Assembly (NCBI GenBank): GCA_964016885.1 | Contig: OZ024740.1 | Span: 389,546,001 to 389,610,000 of the forward strand | Source: Eledone cirrhosa | Taxonomy: Eukaryota | Length of the DNA stretch: 64,000 nt | Direction of reading: 5' to 3' | Shown: piece by piece, positions 38,115 through 52,174 of the stretch | How the letters are laid out: each line of letters begins with the position of its first letter | Position numbering within the stretch: position 1 is the stretch's first letter | The notes under the pieces: generated by a model | The model's database searches: none | What the model was told of the DNA's origin: nothing | The model's input: only the letters and a program-made list of their open reading frames with translations | Made by a program: the position numbers and the translations under genes

Positions 38115-41100
38115 TTTTCTTTATTAACCACAAGGGTTTACATAAAGTAGACATTAAGGACAGTACAGGACAATACAGGACGGTTCAAATGGGCATTTCT
38201 GCGTGTAAAAAACAGAGGATGTAATAAAATAACAAAGAAAAATTCCCCAATAGAGGGGAGACTTCCGAGGGACATTTGTGGAGAAAGCCCATTAAAAGAC
38301 CACAGTGACCCTGACCACCAGGGCAAGTGCCCTCTCCCAGTTTTCCACCTTTAATTTACAGACACATACTCAGAGAAGGCCCATTCATTCGGGCCATACT
38401 TGCTTCTCTCACCCATCTTTCAACAAAATGCTGGGAAGAGAGCACTTCCCTCTCTACCCTGATTTTCCTTTTCAAATGAAATTTGAAAAAGTTAATCAGG
38501 GCATCACCGAAGAGGTAAGTGCTCGTCTTCAGCCCTTTCAAACGTGTCCACCATACTATCTCTTTCGCCATGGCCACCAGACAGATAAAAACTGCCTGCC
38601 CTTCCTGGCTAAAGGAAGAGGGCGGAGCAATCCTCACGATGGACTCAGCTGATAGTTGGATCCGTCCTACACGTGACAGCGGGTGTTCGACATAAACCCA
38701 CAAGTCAGCAATGCTCGGACACTGGACGAGTGCGTGCAGGACGGTTTCGTCGCCCTGTGAGCATCTCGGACATGCCCGGCTGACGGCACCTCCATGCCTG
38801 TAGAGTTTATCCCGAACTGGCAAAGCACCCCGGTAGCACTGCCAGGCCTGGGATTTCTTGAAGTTGTCCATAGGCCCCGGCCCGAAAATCCTTCCGAAGA
38901 GATTGGCTAGTTGATTTTCGCCGACGCCTAGAGTTTCTCCAAGTACGTCGTCGCTCTTACCCTCCACTAATCCCCTATAGAACGCCAAGGTGGAGTTTCC
39001 ACCGATCACATTGCCCGATTGGTCGAGGGCTGTGAGCGCCTGAAGACATTCCAGTCTCCAAGTGCTCCCTCTCGGTCTTCGCTTGACCCAGGACTGCAGC
39101 TCCGTCAAGGAGACGAGCTGGGGAAAAACGGGTCTAACAAACGGCGACCACACCTGATCACCGTCGAGGAAGAGGTGGAGATGTCGTAGCCTGAGCGCGT
39201 GTCTGCGCATCATCAGCCACGGCATGCCCAGCCCTCCACGTAGCGGGTGTTGACAGCAGATGGACTGCCTGACCATCGGAGCGCGTCCCTTCCACAAGAA
39301 TCGAAAGAGCAAACGCTCCAGCGCAGTCAGGCGGGGCTTAGGACAAGGTACGATGGTCAGGCGGTAGTAGATGACGGACGCGATGTACGCGTTAGCCACC
39401 TCCGCTCGACCTTTCAGGGATAGCTTCCTCTCGGCCCATTTCTGGGTGAGAGAAGCCACCCTGCTCGTCACCTCGTCCCAGTTATGTCTGTCTGGAGGTC
39501 TGGACCGAACCAGACCCCTAGCAATTTAACCGGTCCGTCCGTCCAGTGCCCGACGACACTGTTGGACGGCATGGACCTGCCTCTCCAGGTGCCGAGCTGC
39601 AGGCCCACTGACTTTTCCTGGTTGATCATTGCTCCTGTCACCGCTTCATATTCTCTTAGTGTAGTGCCGATCGCCTCGATGTGTTTGGCGTTCGACACCG
39701 CTACGGTGACATCGTCCGCATATGCTGACACGGATCTTCCGCATCCTAGTTCGCGCGGGACCCCCTTCAACGTCTCCAGTTTGTGCAGTAATGGCTCGAG
39801 AGTCAATACGTACAATAGGGACGAGAGGGGACATCCTTGGCGGACCGAGCGCATGATGTTGAACGGTTCCGAAAGGTGACCGTTCACTCTCACTACAGAG
39901 CAGATGTTGCTGTGTATGGCAGCGATCCAGCCTCTGAAGACGGGCCCAATGCCAGCCGCCCTCAGGACTGCCTCTAGGTAATGATGGTCGACCCTATCGA
40001 AGGCTTTCGACTGATCTAAATTGATCAAAGACCCACCCGTGCCAGGTTCCCTAGCTACCCTCTCTACGATGTATCGCATGAGGTGGAGGTTGTCGTGGAT
40101 GGATCTGTCGGGAATGGCGCATGTTTGTGCCTCTCCCACCAACGACAAGCGCCAACCTCTTTGCTAGCACCTTCTCCAAAATCTTGAACTCTGTGTTTAG
40201 CAGAGTTATGGGCCTAAAATTATCTATGTTATCCCCCTTGTTCGGATCCTTTCTCAGCAGCGCCACCGCTCCTCGGCTCACAGAGCTGGGAATTCTCCCG
40301 TTCTGTTGCCAGTTGCAGTAGACGTCCGCCAAGAGGCCTCCGAACAAGTCTGGCATTTGTACGTAAAGTTCATAGGGCAGACCATCTAAACCAGGCGATT
40401 TACCCCTTGTGCAGCCAGTCATTGCCTCCCGTACTTCAGCGGTTGTTATCGGCTTTTCGCAACACTCCGCCTCAGTGGCCGAAAGCCGCGGAAGTCCGTC
40501 GAGGTAGACACTAAAGTCCATCCCTCGATCCAGCCCGCCACTGCCCCCGAACAGTTGAGCGAAGTGTCGCTGAAAAGCTTCACACATTTGCCCGGGATCG
40601 AGTAGCATGCGCCCGTCGTGGTCTACCAAAGACCGGATCGTGGCTTTATTGCCACGACGCGCCTCCGCCACTCGGGCCCATTGAACGGCTTTCGTCCCCT
40701 CGTATCTGAGAGCACGCACCCTAGCTCTGACAACGCAGCCTTCGTGCTTTGCATTGAAGAATTGGTCAAGGGCCAATTTCGCCGCAAGTACGTCGGTCGC
40801 GATGCCTTTGCTAAGCGCCTCGTCTAATTTTCTAACTAATTCTCCCTCTGCTCTATTTTTCTCTATTGCTAAAGCCTTACTAAACCTAATGGACTCTATT
40901 CTAATTGCTCTTTTCAGAGCAAACCACCACTTGTTGTTGACGATAGCCCCCGTCAACGCCCGCTTAACTAGTTCGCTAATCCGGTCTCTGTAGGCCTTGC
41001 TCGCTGGTAAGTACACGTTTAGCTTCCAGTAGCCGGGTCCTCGTCTATGAAGCCTATCTAAGTCAAGCACACAGATCACGAATTTGTGGTCCATGTAGCT

Positions 41101-44003
41101 GACTATCTTGAATTGTGGACAGCCTATGCTAGACCTATCTATTTCCCTACAAAATACTCTGGATGACCCTATGCGATTTGTCCAAGTCCACATTGGTACA
41201 TTCGGGAAATCCATTCGGTACCTGTCAGACAGTTCAAAACGCCTGAGCAGGTTGGTGAGACTCTTGCACCCTCCTTCCCTATCCACTAATCCCACACAAT
41301 CCCAGCGTGCATCTAAGATCCCGTTCCAGTCGCCCACTAACACTAAAGAGCAGGACGTTCCAAAAAAGGTCTCCCGACGCCGGAAGAAATCAGGCCGCCC
41401 TGCTCCTGTCGGGGCATAGACAGCCACTAACCTGAAAGCTTGCCCTTCTCCGCTGGTCACGTCCAGCACCACCAACTTACCTTCTGGGTCCAGGAAGATG
41501 GCCCGTATGGCAAGATCCAAACCTCTCCGAAAAAGCACAGCAACTCCTCCCCCCGATCCCGGAGGGCTGGGAGATGCGTACACATCGTAGCCGCTGAAGA
41601 TCGGTGCGAAGGCCCGTGCTTCGGAGATTCTGGTCTCGCTGATGGCCACTACATCTATGTTTAGTGACCTGAGGTCGTTGAGCAGGTGGCCCTGCTTCCA
41701 TGACGACCCCAAGCCACGCGCATTTATGCTGCCTATTCTGAGTGAGGTCATGTTGAAAAGGAGTGGAAAAGATGGGAAAGACCACTTACCTTACTTCTCG
41801 TAGGGGAAGAACGGTTTTTCCATCCTTTTCACTGCTTGTGGCCTCCTCAGGAAGGATGTCCTTATAAATCCTCCTGGAGAGTGCTTGTCGGAAGTCTCCG
41901 ATGTCTTTGGGGAATTTTTGTTTTAGTGTCATGTACGTTTTCTGTGTGATGCGAGTGATTTGTATGTGTGGAGGTGGTGTGAATTTTTGGGTTGTTGTGT
42001 AGTCTTTTTCTGTGATGCTGGTGTTGTGTTGGATGTAGTGTAATAATTGCTTGTTGTTCAAATTAATGCTGTGTAGTGTGTATCGTTTTGGTTGTTTTGT
42101 TTTGTTTGCGTTTGTTGTGGGTTTGTTTCTGTTTCGCATTTTGGTGGCTTTTGTGGTGTAGGTGATGGTGGTTTTGGGGTTAATGATGGTGTTGGTGTTT
42201 GGGTTGATGGGGTTGGTGATGCTGGTGTGGATGGTGGCATATCTGTCCTAACTTTTTTGTTTGTTAATTTATTTGTTTCCCTCTGTATTTTGTTTTTGGA
42301 GGGGGAAGGAAGAGAATTTTTTCTTTTTTGTTTCTTTTTTTTTTTTTTCCTGATACCGTTTCCTCGTCGTCACAATCTGTCTCCAGTTGTGATAGGCCGG
42401 GGAGTGGAAAATCCTCCACAGGCGTTAGTTTTGGTTGTGGCGTGGTGGATGGTGTAGGCGCTGGTGCTAGTTCTGAAGCGTTGGGTGGTGGTGGTGTTGG
42501 TTTTGCTACTGTTGCTGGGGTTGTTGCTGTTATAGTTGCTTCTGTTGTTGCTGCTACAGTTGTTGCTGCCATCTCTGCTACTGGTGGTGTTGATGGTTGT
42601 GTCACTGGGGTGGGTAGGAGAAGTGGCCTCAACCTTTTAGCCTGAGGGCAGAAAGCCCTTAGGTGGGTTCCTTCACCACAAACGACACACCTAGGCCTTC
42701 TGCCCTCGACAATTACGGTGAGGTGGCCACCGTCAGTGAGGTCTATTACCTCTGGGATCTCCTCTGCTTTTTTAGTCCGCTTGGATCAGGAGCTCCAACA
42801 CAGATCCGGACCAGTTTTCCTGCTTTTCTTTTGCTATTGCTATTATCTTTGTGTTGGCTTCGATACCGACGAGGACGGCCGCTATTAGCCAGGGAATTTC
42901 GATGGCCGGTGGAACGTGGGTCACCCTGATCTTTACGAGTCTCTGGCCACAATAGCTTGGGACTAGTGTGAAGTCGTCACTTCTTAATGGAGCCATGGAG
43001 TGTTCTCTAGCCTCCTCTGGTGTTTCAAAGAACACGTCCACGGTTCCATACTTCTGCCCACGTCTGATGTGGGTTTTTCTTGCCCACACATGTCCCAAAG
43101 CTTTTTGGATTTGGGACTCGGATGCCCATTCCACTTGGCGCGATTTTACATTTATTGTTCGATACGACATGGTGCATAGGCGCCGATGCTCCATTTTATT
43201 AGGTGGGGTGGGTGAGGCTGACCCTCTACCCATCTTTCTTTACCATTTGTTTGGCATTTTCTAAATCCTCCTGAGTTACCGTAAATGCTTCGAACTGTTT
43301 TGCTACTCTGGCAAAACTCAGGGTGGTTTTTTTTAATGTCATTGTTGTTGTTGTTGCTATCCTTATTTTTGTTATTATTAATTTTAGTTTCAGTTGTGGT
43401 GGTGGTGGTGACGTCATTGAAAGTCGGTTTGGGAGAGTCCATTTTGGTTGAAAATATTTCGACATCACGAGTTGATTTATTTTTCCTTTTGTTTCTGTTG
43501 TTGTGGTGGGGGTGGTGGTTGTCGCGGTGGTGGTGGCGGCTTTAACACCTGCAGTCATTGGTAATGGCGGGAAATGAATGTCTGCCTGAGACAAATTTAA
43601 AATATTGCTAGTACAAGGGCGGTGCCCCAGCATGGCCTCAGCCGGATGGCTGAAACAGGTAAAAAAAAAATAAAAGAGTGCTTAAATTGTTTGTGTTGGA
43701 AGACGTATAATCATTTACAATGGTGGTGTCGGTGTGAGGTGTTAATTTGTGAGAAAGGCTTTCAGCTGCTTGGTGCAGTGGTGAATTAGCCATTTTTTTT
43801 TCAAAGAAATTTTTTGATAATCATAAAAGTTTAAATTTTGGGCACAAGGTCCCAATCTTTTTGGGTGTCCTTTTCGGAAAACAATGCATGTGCGCTTATA
43901 TATAGTTAACAATAAAAATTTTCCATAAATGGCAATTTTTAACAAACGGAAATAACAAACCTTTGCGGAGCTCACGATGATACGATTTACTATGTAGGTC
44001 GCC
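38114..44003 (-). mobile_element. Near full-length L1/Tx1-clade retrotransposon, frameshifted
   Basis: ORF1 pieces with a CCHC knuckle CVVCGEGTHLRAFC (42648-42689). ORF2 pieces 41751-38356 contain APE, RT (DQSKAFD, QGCPLS, YADD) and a C-terminal CPRC..ETVLHALVQC finger. AATAAA at 38120-38125; (AAT)n on both flanks. The 5' boundary is inferred. Confidence 0.9.
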
Positions 44004-44078
44004 AATAATAATAATAATAATAATAATGATTAAATCTATACATCATTTCTAATATAATTTGATTTTCTCTCTTTTCAG

Positions 44079-44892
44079 GCTGGTTTGATTCTACTTGTCA
44101 TTATTGCTAGCCTTGCCGGTCACTGTTGTCAATTGATTGTGAAATGTAAATACTATGCTATGGATATTCTTCTCTGGAAATTTGATGCCCGCCACCTGAA
44201 GTCAACCGATAACATGGATCAACAGCGCATTGAGTTAGAAAGCCAACTACAAAAACAACTATCATATGGAGATATTGGCATGATTGCATTTGGCCGTATT
44301 GGTCAAGGTGTTGTGAACTTTTGTGTCTTTTTAACACAGTTTGGTTACTGCATTGGCTATTCCATTTTTGTTGGTAACACACTGTTATCTTTTTTCCCTG
44401 TTGTTCCGCAATGTGTGCTTTTACATGTGGCCAACAACACTCAGTTTAACACTTCTTTAAGTGTGAAGCACTTAATGGAAATTCCTGCTAACCAATTTAA
44501 TCGTTTACCAAACCACAGCATATCCTGGAACTGCACTACTGTTTTTAACAAAAATGGAATTTTAACCCCACCTTCAGTAACTGAAACCCCTAAAGGCACT
44601 AAAACAGCAGTTACTTTTCACCTCAGTAACCATAATACCTCTTCACCAGTTACAACAACTTTATCACCTTTAATATCAACAGATATAATCACTTCATCTT
44701 CACATATTTTATTACCACTTGTCTCCTATATAAAGATGGCTCCCAGTCTGTATATTCTCGTTTTGCTTCAATTGCCGATCCTCATCCTTTTCTCCTTTAT
44801 CCGAAATATGCGTGTCTTGGGAATTATAAGTATTTGTGCCAATGTATCTATTGTCCTTGGTTGGGGTGCCATCATGATTTTCCTTTTCATAA
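44079..44892 (+). CDS. SLC36-like transporter, exon 3 (TM2-TM5 with long loop)
   Basis: ttttcAG acceptor (phase 0), GTAAGT donor (phase 1). Encodes AGLILLVIIASLAGHCCQLIVKCK...LSYGDIGMIAFG...FLTQFGYCIGYSIFVGNTL...IRNMRVLGIISICANV. Confidence 0.93.
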
Positions 44893-45014
44893 GTAAGTAG
44901 CAAAGTAAATTTGTTAATATACTCTTTACTCTTTCACACTCTTTTTCTCTCTTTCTCTCTGTATTATATGTCTGTATATATATATATGTGTGTGTGTTTA
45001 TGATGTATGCATGT

Positions 45015-45158
45015 CAACGTCTCCTGTGCATTGGGTGGAGCGTTAACCATACATAAAGTGAGACACATATCCCTGGCCTGCCTGGGAGATCAGTGGCTCC
45101 GCTTCAGTACTGACTTGCAAACAGGGAAAGTGGGCATTAAAATGACAGTGATGATGAT
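45015..45158 (+). mobile_element. RTE-type 3' tail related to the UTR downstream of the minisatellite
   Basis: Shares tggcctg.ctgggagatcagt.gc.cc.cttc with 33266-33297 and ends in (GAT)n. Confidence 0.6.
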
Positions 45159-47438
45159 ATTGTATTTAATTTTATGAAATATAAAATAATACTTGCTAAA
45201 GCTATATTGAGGAAACTGTGCAATAGGATTAATGGAGTTTCATGATACAATACACAGTTTAAGCTGTAGCATAATATCTTTCAACAAAAACAATGCTGCT
45301 AATTGAAAGTGGCCATCACTATCCTACTTTTGTAAAACTTGGATTCTTTCCAATTGATAACACTTTTTGAACTGTTGGGTTAAGAATAGGTGTTGCATTG
45401 GCTCTTTCTTAGTTCCACAATGATGGTGAGTAATTTAGATGATGACAGCATATCTAATATTAGTCTTTTCTCTCTTTGTTCTCATCTATCACACAGCTAG
45501 CTGATTCAAACTTTGTAATAATGCACTTCACAGTAGACAACACAAATGGATCATTATAAAATAATTGCACCCCTTTTTGAAATGTAAAGCACTTATGTTA
45601 ATGAATTTTAAATGGCATTATATAGGTTGTTTAAAATATTCACCTACAAAGGTCAGCTACTTTGCAATCATTTTACATCATGTCTGTAATAGCCTGCTAC
45701 AAGAATAACTTTGGGACTTATTTGTTTTATATTACTATATGTAAACAGTGTCAAGAATGACAGGTTTCCAATAGGCTAGTCATAGGTTCACTGCATCTCT
45801 TAAGGTGAGTGTGACAAGAGAGTCTCATATATCAGTTACACAATGATATATTTTTATCATTTGCCAATGTATATCAACAAAAGATAATCACAGATGTACA
45901 CACACATGCACCACCCACCAACCACACTCACACATGAGGTTGTCACAGAGTTTCTGTCTAGCAAATTTTACTGAAAAGGAATTGGTCAACTTGAGGCTAT
46001 AGTAGATGGTACTTCCTGAAGCTGCGGTGCAATGCAATCAAACATGCAACCGACTGTTTGAAAAGTGAACTTTATAACCATATAACCATGGCTGTGCTCA
46101 TGGCTACAGGCAAAGTTTCAAGATTGTAATTTTGGAAAACAACAGAGCCTAACTATGCTTTTATGTAACTCAAATTTCATTTATTCACTTTTAATGAAGC
46201 TTTAAAGTAGCATTATAAATGTAGATAACTGGGTCTGAAATTAGTTTGTGTCTTGCAGCTGCTGTTTGCTTACACATAGTCCAACCTATGCTAGCATGGA
46301 AAAATGAACATTAATTAATGATAATATTTCATTCTCATGGATCCTCTGTGAAAAGGTTTTCAATCAACTGAACTACATGTTTAATGAATTATAGTGTACC
46401 CTTAATGGTAATCCTTGGGTAGAATCAGCATGACAGTGTGTAACGAAGCCTTTTGAGTTACAGGTACTGGTCATTTGATGCACTTCTACCCAATTACACT
46501 CATAAGGCTTGGTTCAACCTAATGTTACTGTAGAAGCACTTGACAAAGAATGCCTCACAGTGAAATCACACTTGGTATTTCATTACTGAAAAGTGAATTA
46601 CTTAACCAATTACTCATGTATGCATATACAGATATACATACACACATTTTTAAAGTATTGAAAATACGATATTTATTACAAAAGTTTGTACCTCAGACTT
46701 TACATAGAAATAAAAGTAAACAATAAATTCGATAAATATATATGGCACCAATATATTCAGATATGTAAAAAAAAAATCAATGCTATGTGCACCAAAAAAA
46801 TTAAATGTATAGAAAATCGTTAATGAGTCACCTCATATTTTAAAATATAAAATGTATTTTTACTGCATTTTTAATAATATAAGTATTTAAATCAATTTGC
46901 TGTGCTGATCAATACATGTTGAAGACATGACTAATATATTCTAAATAGTTTTCCGTAGAATGCTTCAAATTTTCAGTAATTTTATTTAGATTTTACTAAT
47001 GTAACTATACAAAAATTGTTCAAAGATTTCATATGTTGATCCCTATAATGCTTATTAATAATTTTTTACTCTTTTGTGAAGAAAACAAAATTGAAAACTT
47101 GGACAAGTTTTAAAGATTCTTAATGTTTGAACAATGTTATAGCATCTATCAATTGTAGCAAAATTATTGATATTTGAATAACACATGCATGCGCACACTT
47201 GCACACACATATGCATATATATATATATATGCATGCATACGTACGTGTGTGTGTGAAAAGTAAATGGAAAACAACACAACAAATAATACAAAACAATGAA
47301 GATATATATTAGTTTAACACTTGATATAGTTGGATAAGATTTATACATATGAGAATATGCAATTTCTTTTTGAAAAAACTGAAAAGTCTCATAAATGTTT
47401 TCAGAATATTGATAATTTACAAACTGTAGGGTTAAACT

Positions 47439-47726
47439 CATCATCATCACTGTTTTACGTCCGTTCTTCCACGCTAGCATGGGTTAGACGGGTTGTCCTG
47501 TTGTGGGCAGTGTCTGGTCGGCTGACCATGCCTTGCTCATACAGGAACTGATTTGGCTTGATTTCTACAGCTGGATGCCCTTCCTAACACCAACCTCATT
47601 TACAGTGAGTGCTGGGTGCTTTTTCGTGGCGCCTACACGTCCACTTTACAGTGTGGGCTGGGTGCTTTTTTGCCGTAGCACCTCCATGACCACCTTGCGG
47701 TGGGGGCATATTGTCTATATGCTTCA
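47439..47726 (-). mobile_element. RTE family A, 3' UTR-only copy
   Basis: Near identical to 33327-33631. Confidence 0.9.
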
Positions 47727-48017
47727 TAAACTGTTTCTCATTTATATATACATCAATTTTAACATCAAATACCATTTATATATATCATTGTGATTTCTCA
47801 TATTTATGTGGTGTATGAATTGGGGAAAGTTTGGCTGCTGTTTCTGGTCAGTCAAGCAACCCCTGTAGATTTTTCCATGTTAACTTTGTTTAGTGTGCAT
47901 AATAATAATTTGATTAATCTAGCTGAGGTTGTCTTATATAGATTTTCTGGATATAATTTACTGATCTTACATCAGACAAAACCAGTTAAAAATATTAATC
48001 AATGCTTTTGTGAAGTC

Positions 48018-48130
48018 ATTTGACCTAGTGGTTAGTGTTTCAGACTCATGATCATAAGGTCGGGAGTTTAATACCTGGAATGGGCAGCACATTGTGTTCT
48101 TGAGCAAGATGCATAATTTCATGTTGCTTT
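48018..48130 (+). mobile_element. SINE head and CORE-like fragment
   Basis: gacctagtggttag...gagtttaatacc...ttcttgagcaagatgc. Confidence 0.55.
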
Positions 48131-49202
48131 TCATCAAAACACCCAAGGAATCTTCATAAGAAAACCAGCTAAACCTACATATGAGGGATCTGTAAATTTC
48201 ATTTTTTAATTGAAGACCCCAAACTGCAATGCAAATATTTGCACCAGCAATCAGCTTGAGGGAAAACTACTTTCCATTAATGTTGGAGATCACGAAAGGG
48301 TTCATGGACATTGTCCTTCCTCCTCTGATTAAGTCATTAATTAAAAGGGAACATAAAACAATGATGATTGTTCTTGCCAGCTATTGTTGGATATCATGTT
48401 CTAGTTTAATAACTGATGTTAAGCCATGCTTGAAATTATTGCTATTGTATGGCTATTGCTGTTAATATCTCCTTCCTCCTAACCTGTTTGTGTTTAAGTT
48501 ATTTAGTCATATTTATGGTACAGCAGAGATTAAAAAAAGGGCTGTGTCCATTTACAAAAATAATATCTCTGTTATATAATACTCGATGTGGGTTGATTCT
48601 TTAGTCCTAGTATGTCGCTTTTGACATTTTATAGAAAGAAAGTAAAATAGAGATAGAGAATTAACTTATGTATTGAAGGAGGAGTATACATATGAAGTGG
48701 AGTGGCAGGCAAAAAGTGAGGGTGATAGAGAGACAAGTACGCTATACTAAAGTACATGTGTGTACAAGCACACATATACACACATGCACATACATTACAC
48801 CCTCAAACACATACACATACACACACACAGTAATTACCATCTGCTAGCTATATGAGGTTTATATTTTCTTTTCATACTTTCCTTGTTCTTTAAACAGAAC
48901 ACAATATAGATGTATGAAAATATATATATTCTTTTCCAAATTTCTTTTCTTTCTAACCAATATATATATAGTTATACATTTTTATTTATTTAGTGGAAAA
49001 CACAATCCAAAAATTACCTGTCATATGATGAGTAACATTTTAGTGAATATATAATTTATACCAGAAGTGTATATAAAGGTATAATCGATATGTTTAAGCT
49101 GTAATCATACCACTGCTTAAAACACCCATAGTGAAACTTCATCATCATCATTATCATCACTGTTTAATGTCCATTTTTCCATGCTAGCATGGTTTAGACA
49201 TG

Positions 49203-49233
<31 letters not shown>

Positions 49234-51145
49234 ATTATACATATATATATCATAAGCACACATGCATACATATATATATATATATACAATGGGGTTTTGC
49301 GCAGTCTCCATCTACAAATTTCACTGACCAATTATTGGTTGATATAACTTCAGACAAAATGCCTTGTAGTATTTAGTTACGGTCTTTTATAAATTAAAAT
49401 ACCATCTAAGTACTGTTCTTTTCTTCCCATACTTTCTGGTTTCATTATTAGAAACCCATGTTGTGGATAGCAGTATCTAGTTTGTGTCTTTTATACTTTG
49501 AGTTCAAATCTTGTCAAAAACCTAACATCCACTATAGTGTTGGTGCAACAATAAAATGTACCCAATACACTCTGTGAAGTGAATTGAGGGTCCAATGGAG
49601 ACAGCATAGGCTAGTGAGAACTCTCCTGCCTAAAAACATGACATCCTCTTTAGTGTTGGTGATATGATAATATGCATCAGTACAAACTCTGTAATGTAGA
49701 TGGCAATGATATAGAGACAATATGTGGTTTGAGAGGACTCTAATTTGGTTGTGCATATGACAACCATTTTTGTGCTGGTGCCATGATAAAATGCACCCAG
49801 TACATTCCGTAAAGATGTAGAGCTGGTGTCTTGATGAAATATATTTAGTAGACTCTGTAAAGTGGTTAGTGTTAGGAAAGGCACCTGGTCATACAAACCA
49901 TGCTAAATATGCAACATATGAGCAAAACTGACAACCTGCCCAATCCATGCAAGTATGGAAAGTAGATGTAAAATTATTAATGTTAGGAAACTAATTATTA
50001 TTATTGTCAGGCAAGGGATTAACAAATTCATCGGTGTCAGACAAAATGTTTCACAGTATTTGTTCCTGCTCTTTGAGTACAAATCTTGCCATGGTCAACT
50101 TTCAAGATTGATAACAAAGTATCAGTTATGTACTGGGTCAATATAATCCACCTTCAACCTTCACCTTCCTTCCGAATTGCTGACCATGTGCCTAAATTAA
50201 AAACCATTACTATTATTATTGCCATCAATGCATTTGTTTTTAATTATTAGCTGAGATGTTGCTTCCTAAATGCAACAATATTTGTTTTAATATTATCAAA
50301 CATTTTAGAATTGGAGTATCTATCAATTAAAGTAAGCCTTTGACTTAATGAAAACATTGACATGAATAAATGCTGGTAAGATTTTCCTTTTTCACTGATA
50401 TTTATTTGGGTGGTAGGCTTTAAATGTTACCCAGTTTAACACCACCATCTAGCTTTTGTCGTTAATGGTTTTATGGTTAAGGAGAACCCATGAGTTGTGG
50501 TTATTTCTCCTAACTAGATTTAGTTAAAAAATGACATGAGGACTAGAAGCAGATGTAGCGTCAGCAATATTGAGGTGATCAATGGTCATTCTATTTGTAA
50601 TAGTAGTTGAAATTTAGGCAGAGCACTGTAAAATAACAAACCACTGCCAGAATTAGGATTCAATTCTATTCCATTCTGATGTTTTCAATGTATTGCTAGA
50701 TGAAGCCTCAGCTTATTGTCTCTGCTGGTTGTAGTCCTTCCTGGCCAATTGCTAGTTGCTCTCATGATTGATAACTCTTGGCTCCTTGACAAAATTTGGA
50801 CACAGTGCAAAGCACTAGAACAGATACTGTAAGGCAACCTGCTATTTTAACATTTCTACCAATCTACAGTTCTTGAAAGGTACTTTTTAGTATTAAAAGG
50901 CTTAAAAGCAAAATTGATATAAGGTGAATTTATTTTGAGTTTTGAGACTTTGTTGAGTATGAGCTGTGCTATCCTTGCTTGATTCAGAAAAGTAAACCAT
51001 TATAATTATTGTTTATATTCCAAATTACTTTGTTAGTGTGTACTAATACATTTTATTATATCACCAGCACTAGAGAGGATGCCAAAAGCTTTTAAGGAGT
51101 TTCACTTTTTTATTAATTTTTATTGATTATTTTTTCTTTATCCAG

Positions 51146-51237
51146 ATTTTTCATTCAGTGACGATTTGAAATTAATATCTTCAGAAGCATCGATCTTTTT
51201 CGGCTTGTTAGCTAGTGCCTTTGAAGGAATTGGAACT
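51146..51237 (+). CDS. SLC36-like transporter, exon 4 (TM6)
   Basis: tccAG acceptor (phase 1), GTAAGT donor (phase 0). Encodes FSFSDDLKLISSEASIFFGLLASAFEGIGT, with the FFG...AFEGIG family motif. Not in the ORF track. Confidence 0.92.
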
Positions 51238-51308
51238 GTAAGTATATTTTATAGGTAAATAGTTGGAATGATATATTAGCTAATGAAGTACAGTAGATAT
51301 GAAGTTAA

Positions 51309-51525
51309 CCCTTTAGCATTTACAGTACTCTATATATACTATTATATTTTTGTGGTAAAGGCTTTATCTTTTATAATTATCTCACATAATTTCGAATCTA
51401 TGAGATTTTGATATTATTTTGAGAACAATACTTTAATGTCAGTATAAACGGCCAGTTATACTCAGTTTGAACAGAGAGAGGTGAGATAATTCTGGCCAGA
51501 TATGGCTGGTTTAAATGCTAAAGGG
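51309..51525. mobile_element. piggyBac-type MITE
   Basis: TTAA flanks and perfect TIRs ccctttagcattta/taaatgctaaaggg; 71 bp downstream of exon 4. Confidence 0.9.
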
Positions 51526-51894
51526 TTAAGGTGCTTGTCTATTGATCTGTTATTTATGAATTCAAATTCTAACAAAATTGCTGTACCATGGCATTTAATC
51601 ATGGTTACATTGGTTATTATTATTGTTGACATTTAGTGCTGATTGCATGTTTTGCCGTGGAGTGCATGAAACAATAATTAATAACTACCACCCAAACTTT
51701 GCAGTTAAGTAATTAAAAGTTTGGTGATAAATCTTAAACCACCAATAAAGCTTCAGCAGCAGTTATTTGTAATGTTAATATTTTGTTGTTTTGATATTTT
51801 GTCAATCACACATAAACTGTACTGACATATTATCCACAGTATAAACATTGAGATGTATTATTTATAATTTTTTGTCTTTCTTCTTTTTCTTCAG

Positions 51895-52174
51895 ATTATT
51901 CCAATTGAAAGTAGTATGGATGGAAACCGCCATAATTTCTCTAAATTTCTTAATGGTGCTATACTAATAGTTAGCTTCATTCTTCTGGTGCTTGGTTTGT
52001 TTGGTTACCTGCGGTTTGGTACTCATGTTAACCAATTGATCAACTTATCCCTTATTCATAGCGGCTTAGGTGCACATATGCTTAATGCCTGCCTCATTGT
52101 AGCTGTGATCTGTACATATCCTCTAATGATTTTTCCCGTGTTGCAGATGATTGAAAACTTTGTTTTCATTTCAG
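51895..52174 (+). CDS. SLC36-like transporter, exon 5 (TM7-TM8)
   Basis: Long pyrimidine tract plus cAG (phase 0), G|GTAATT donor (phase 1). Encodes IIPIESSMDGNRHNF...GLFGYLRFG...TYPLMIFPVLQMIE. Confidence 0.93.
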
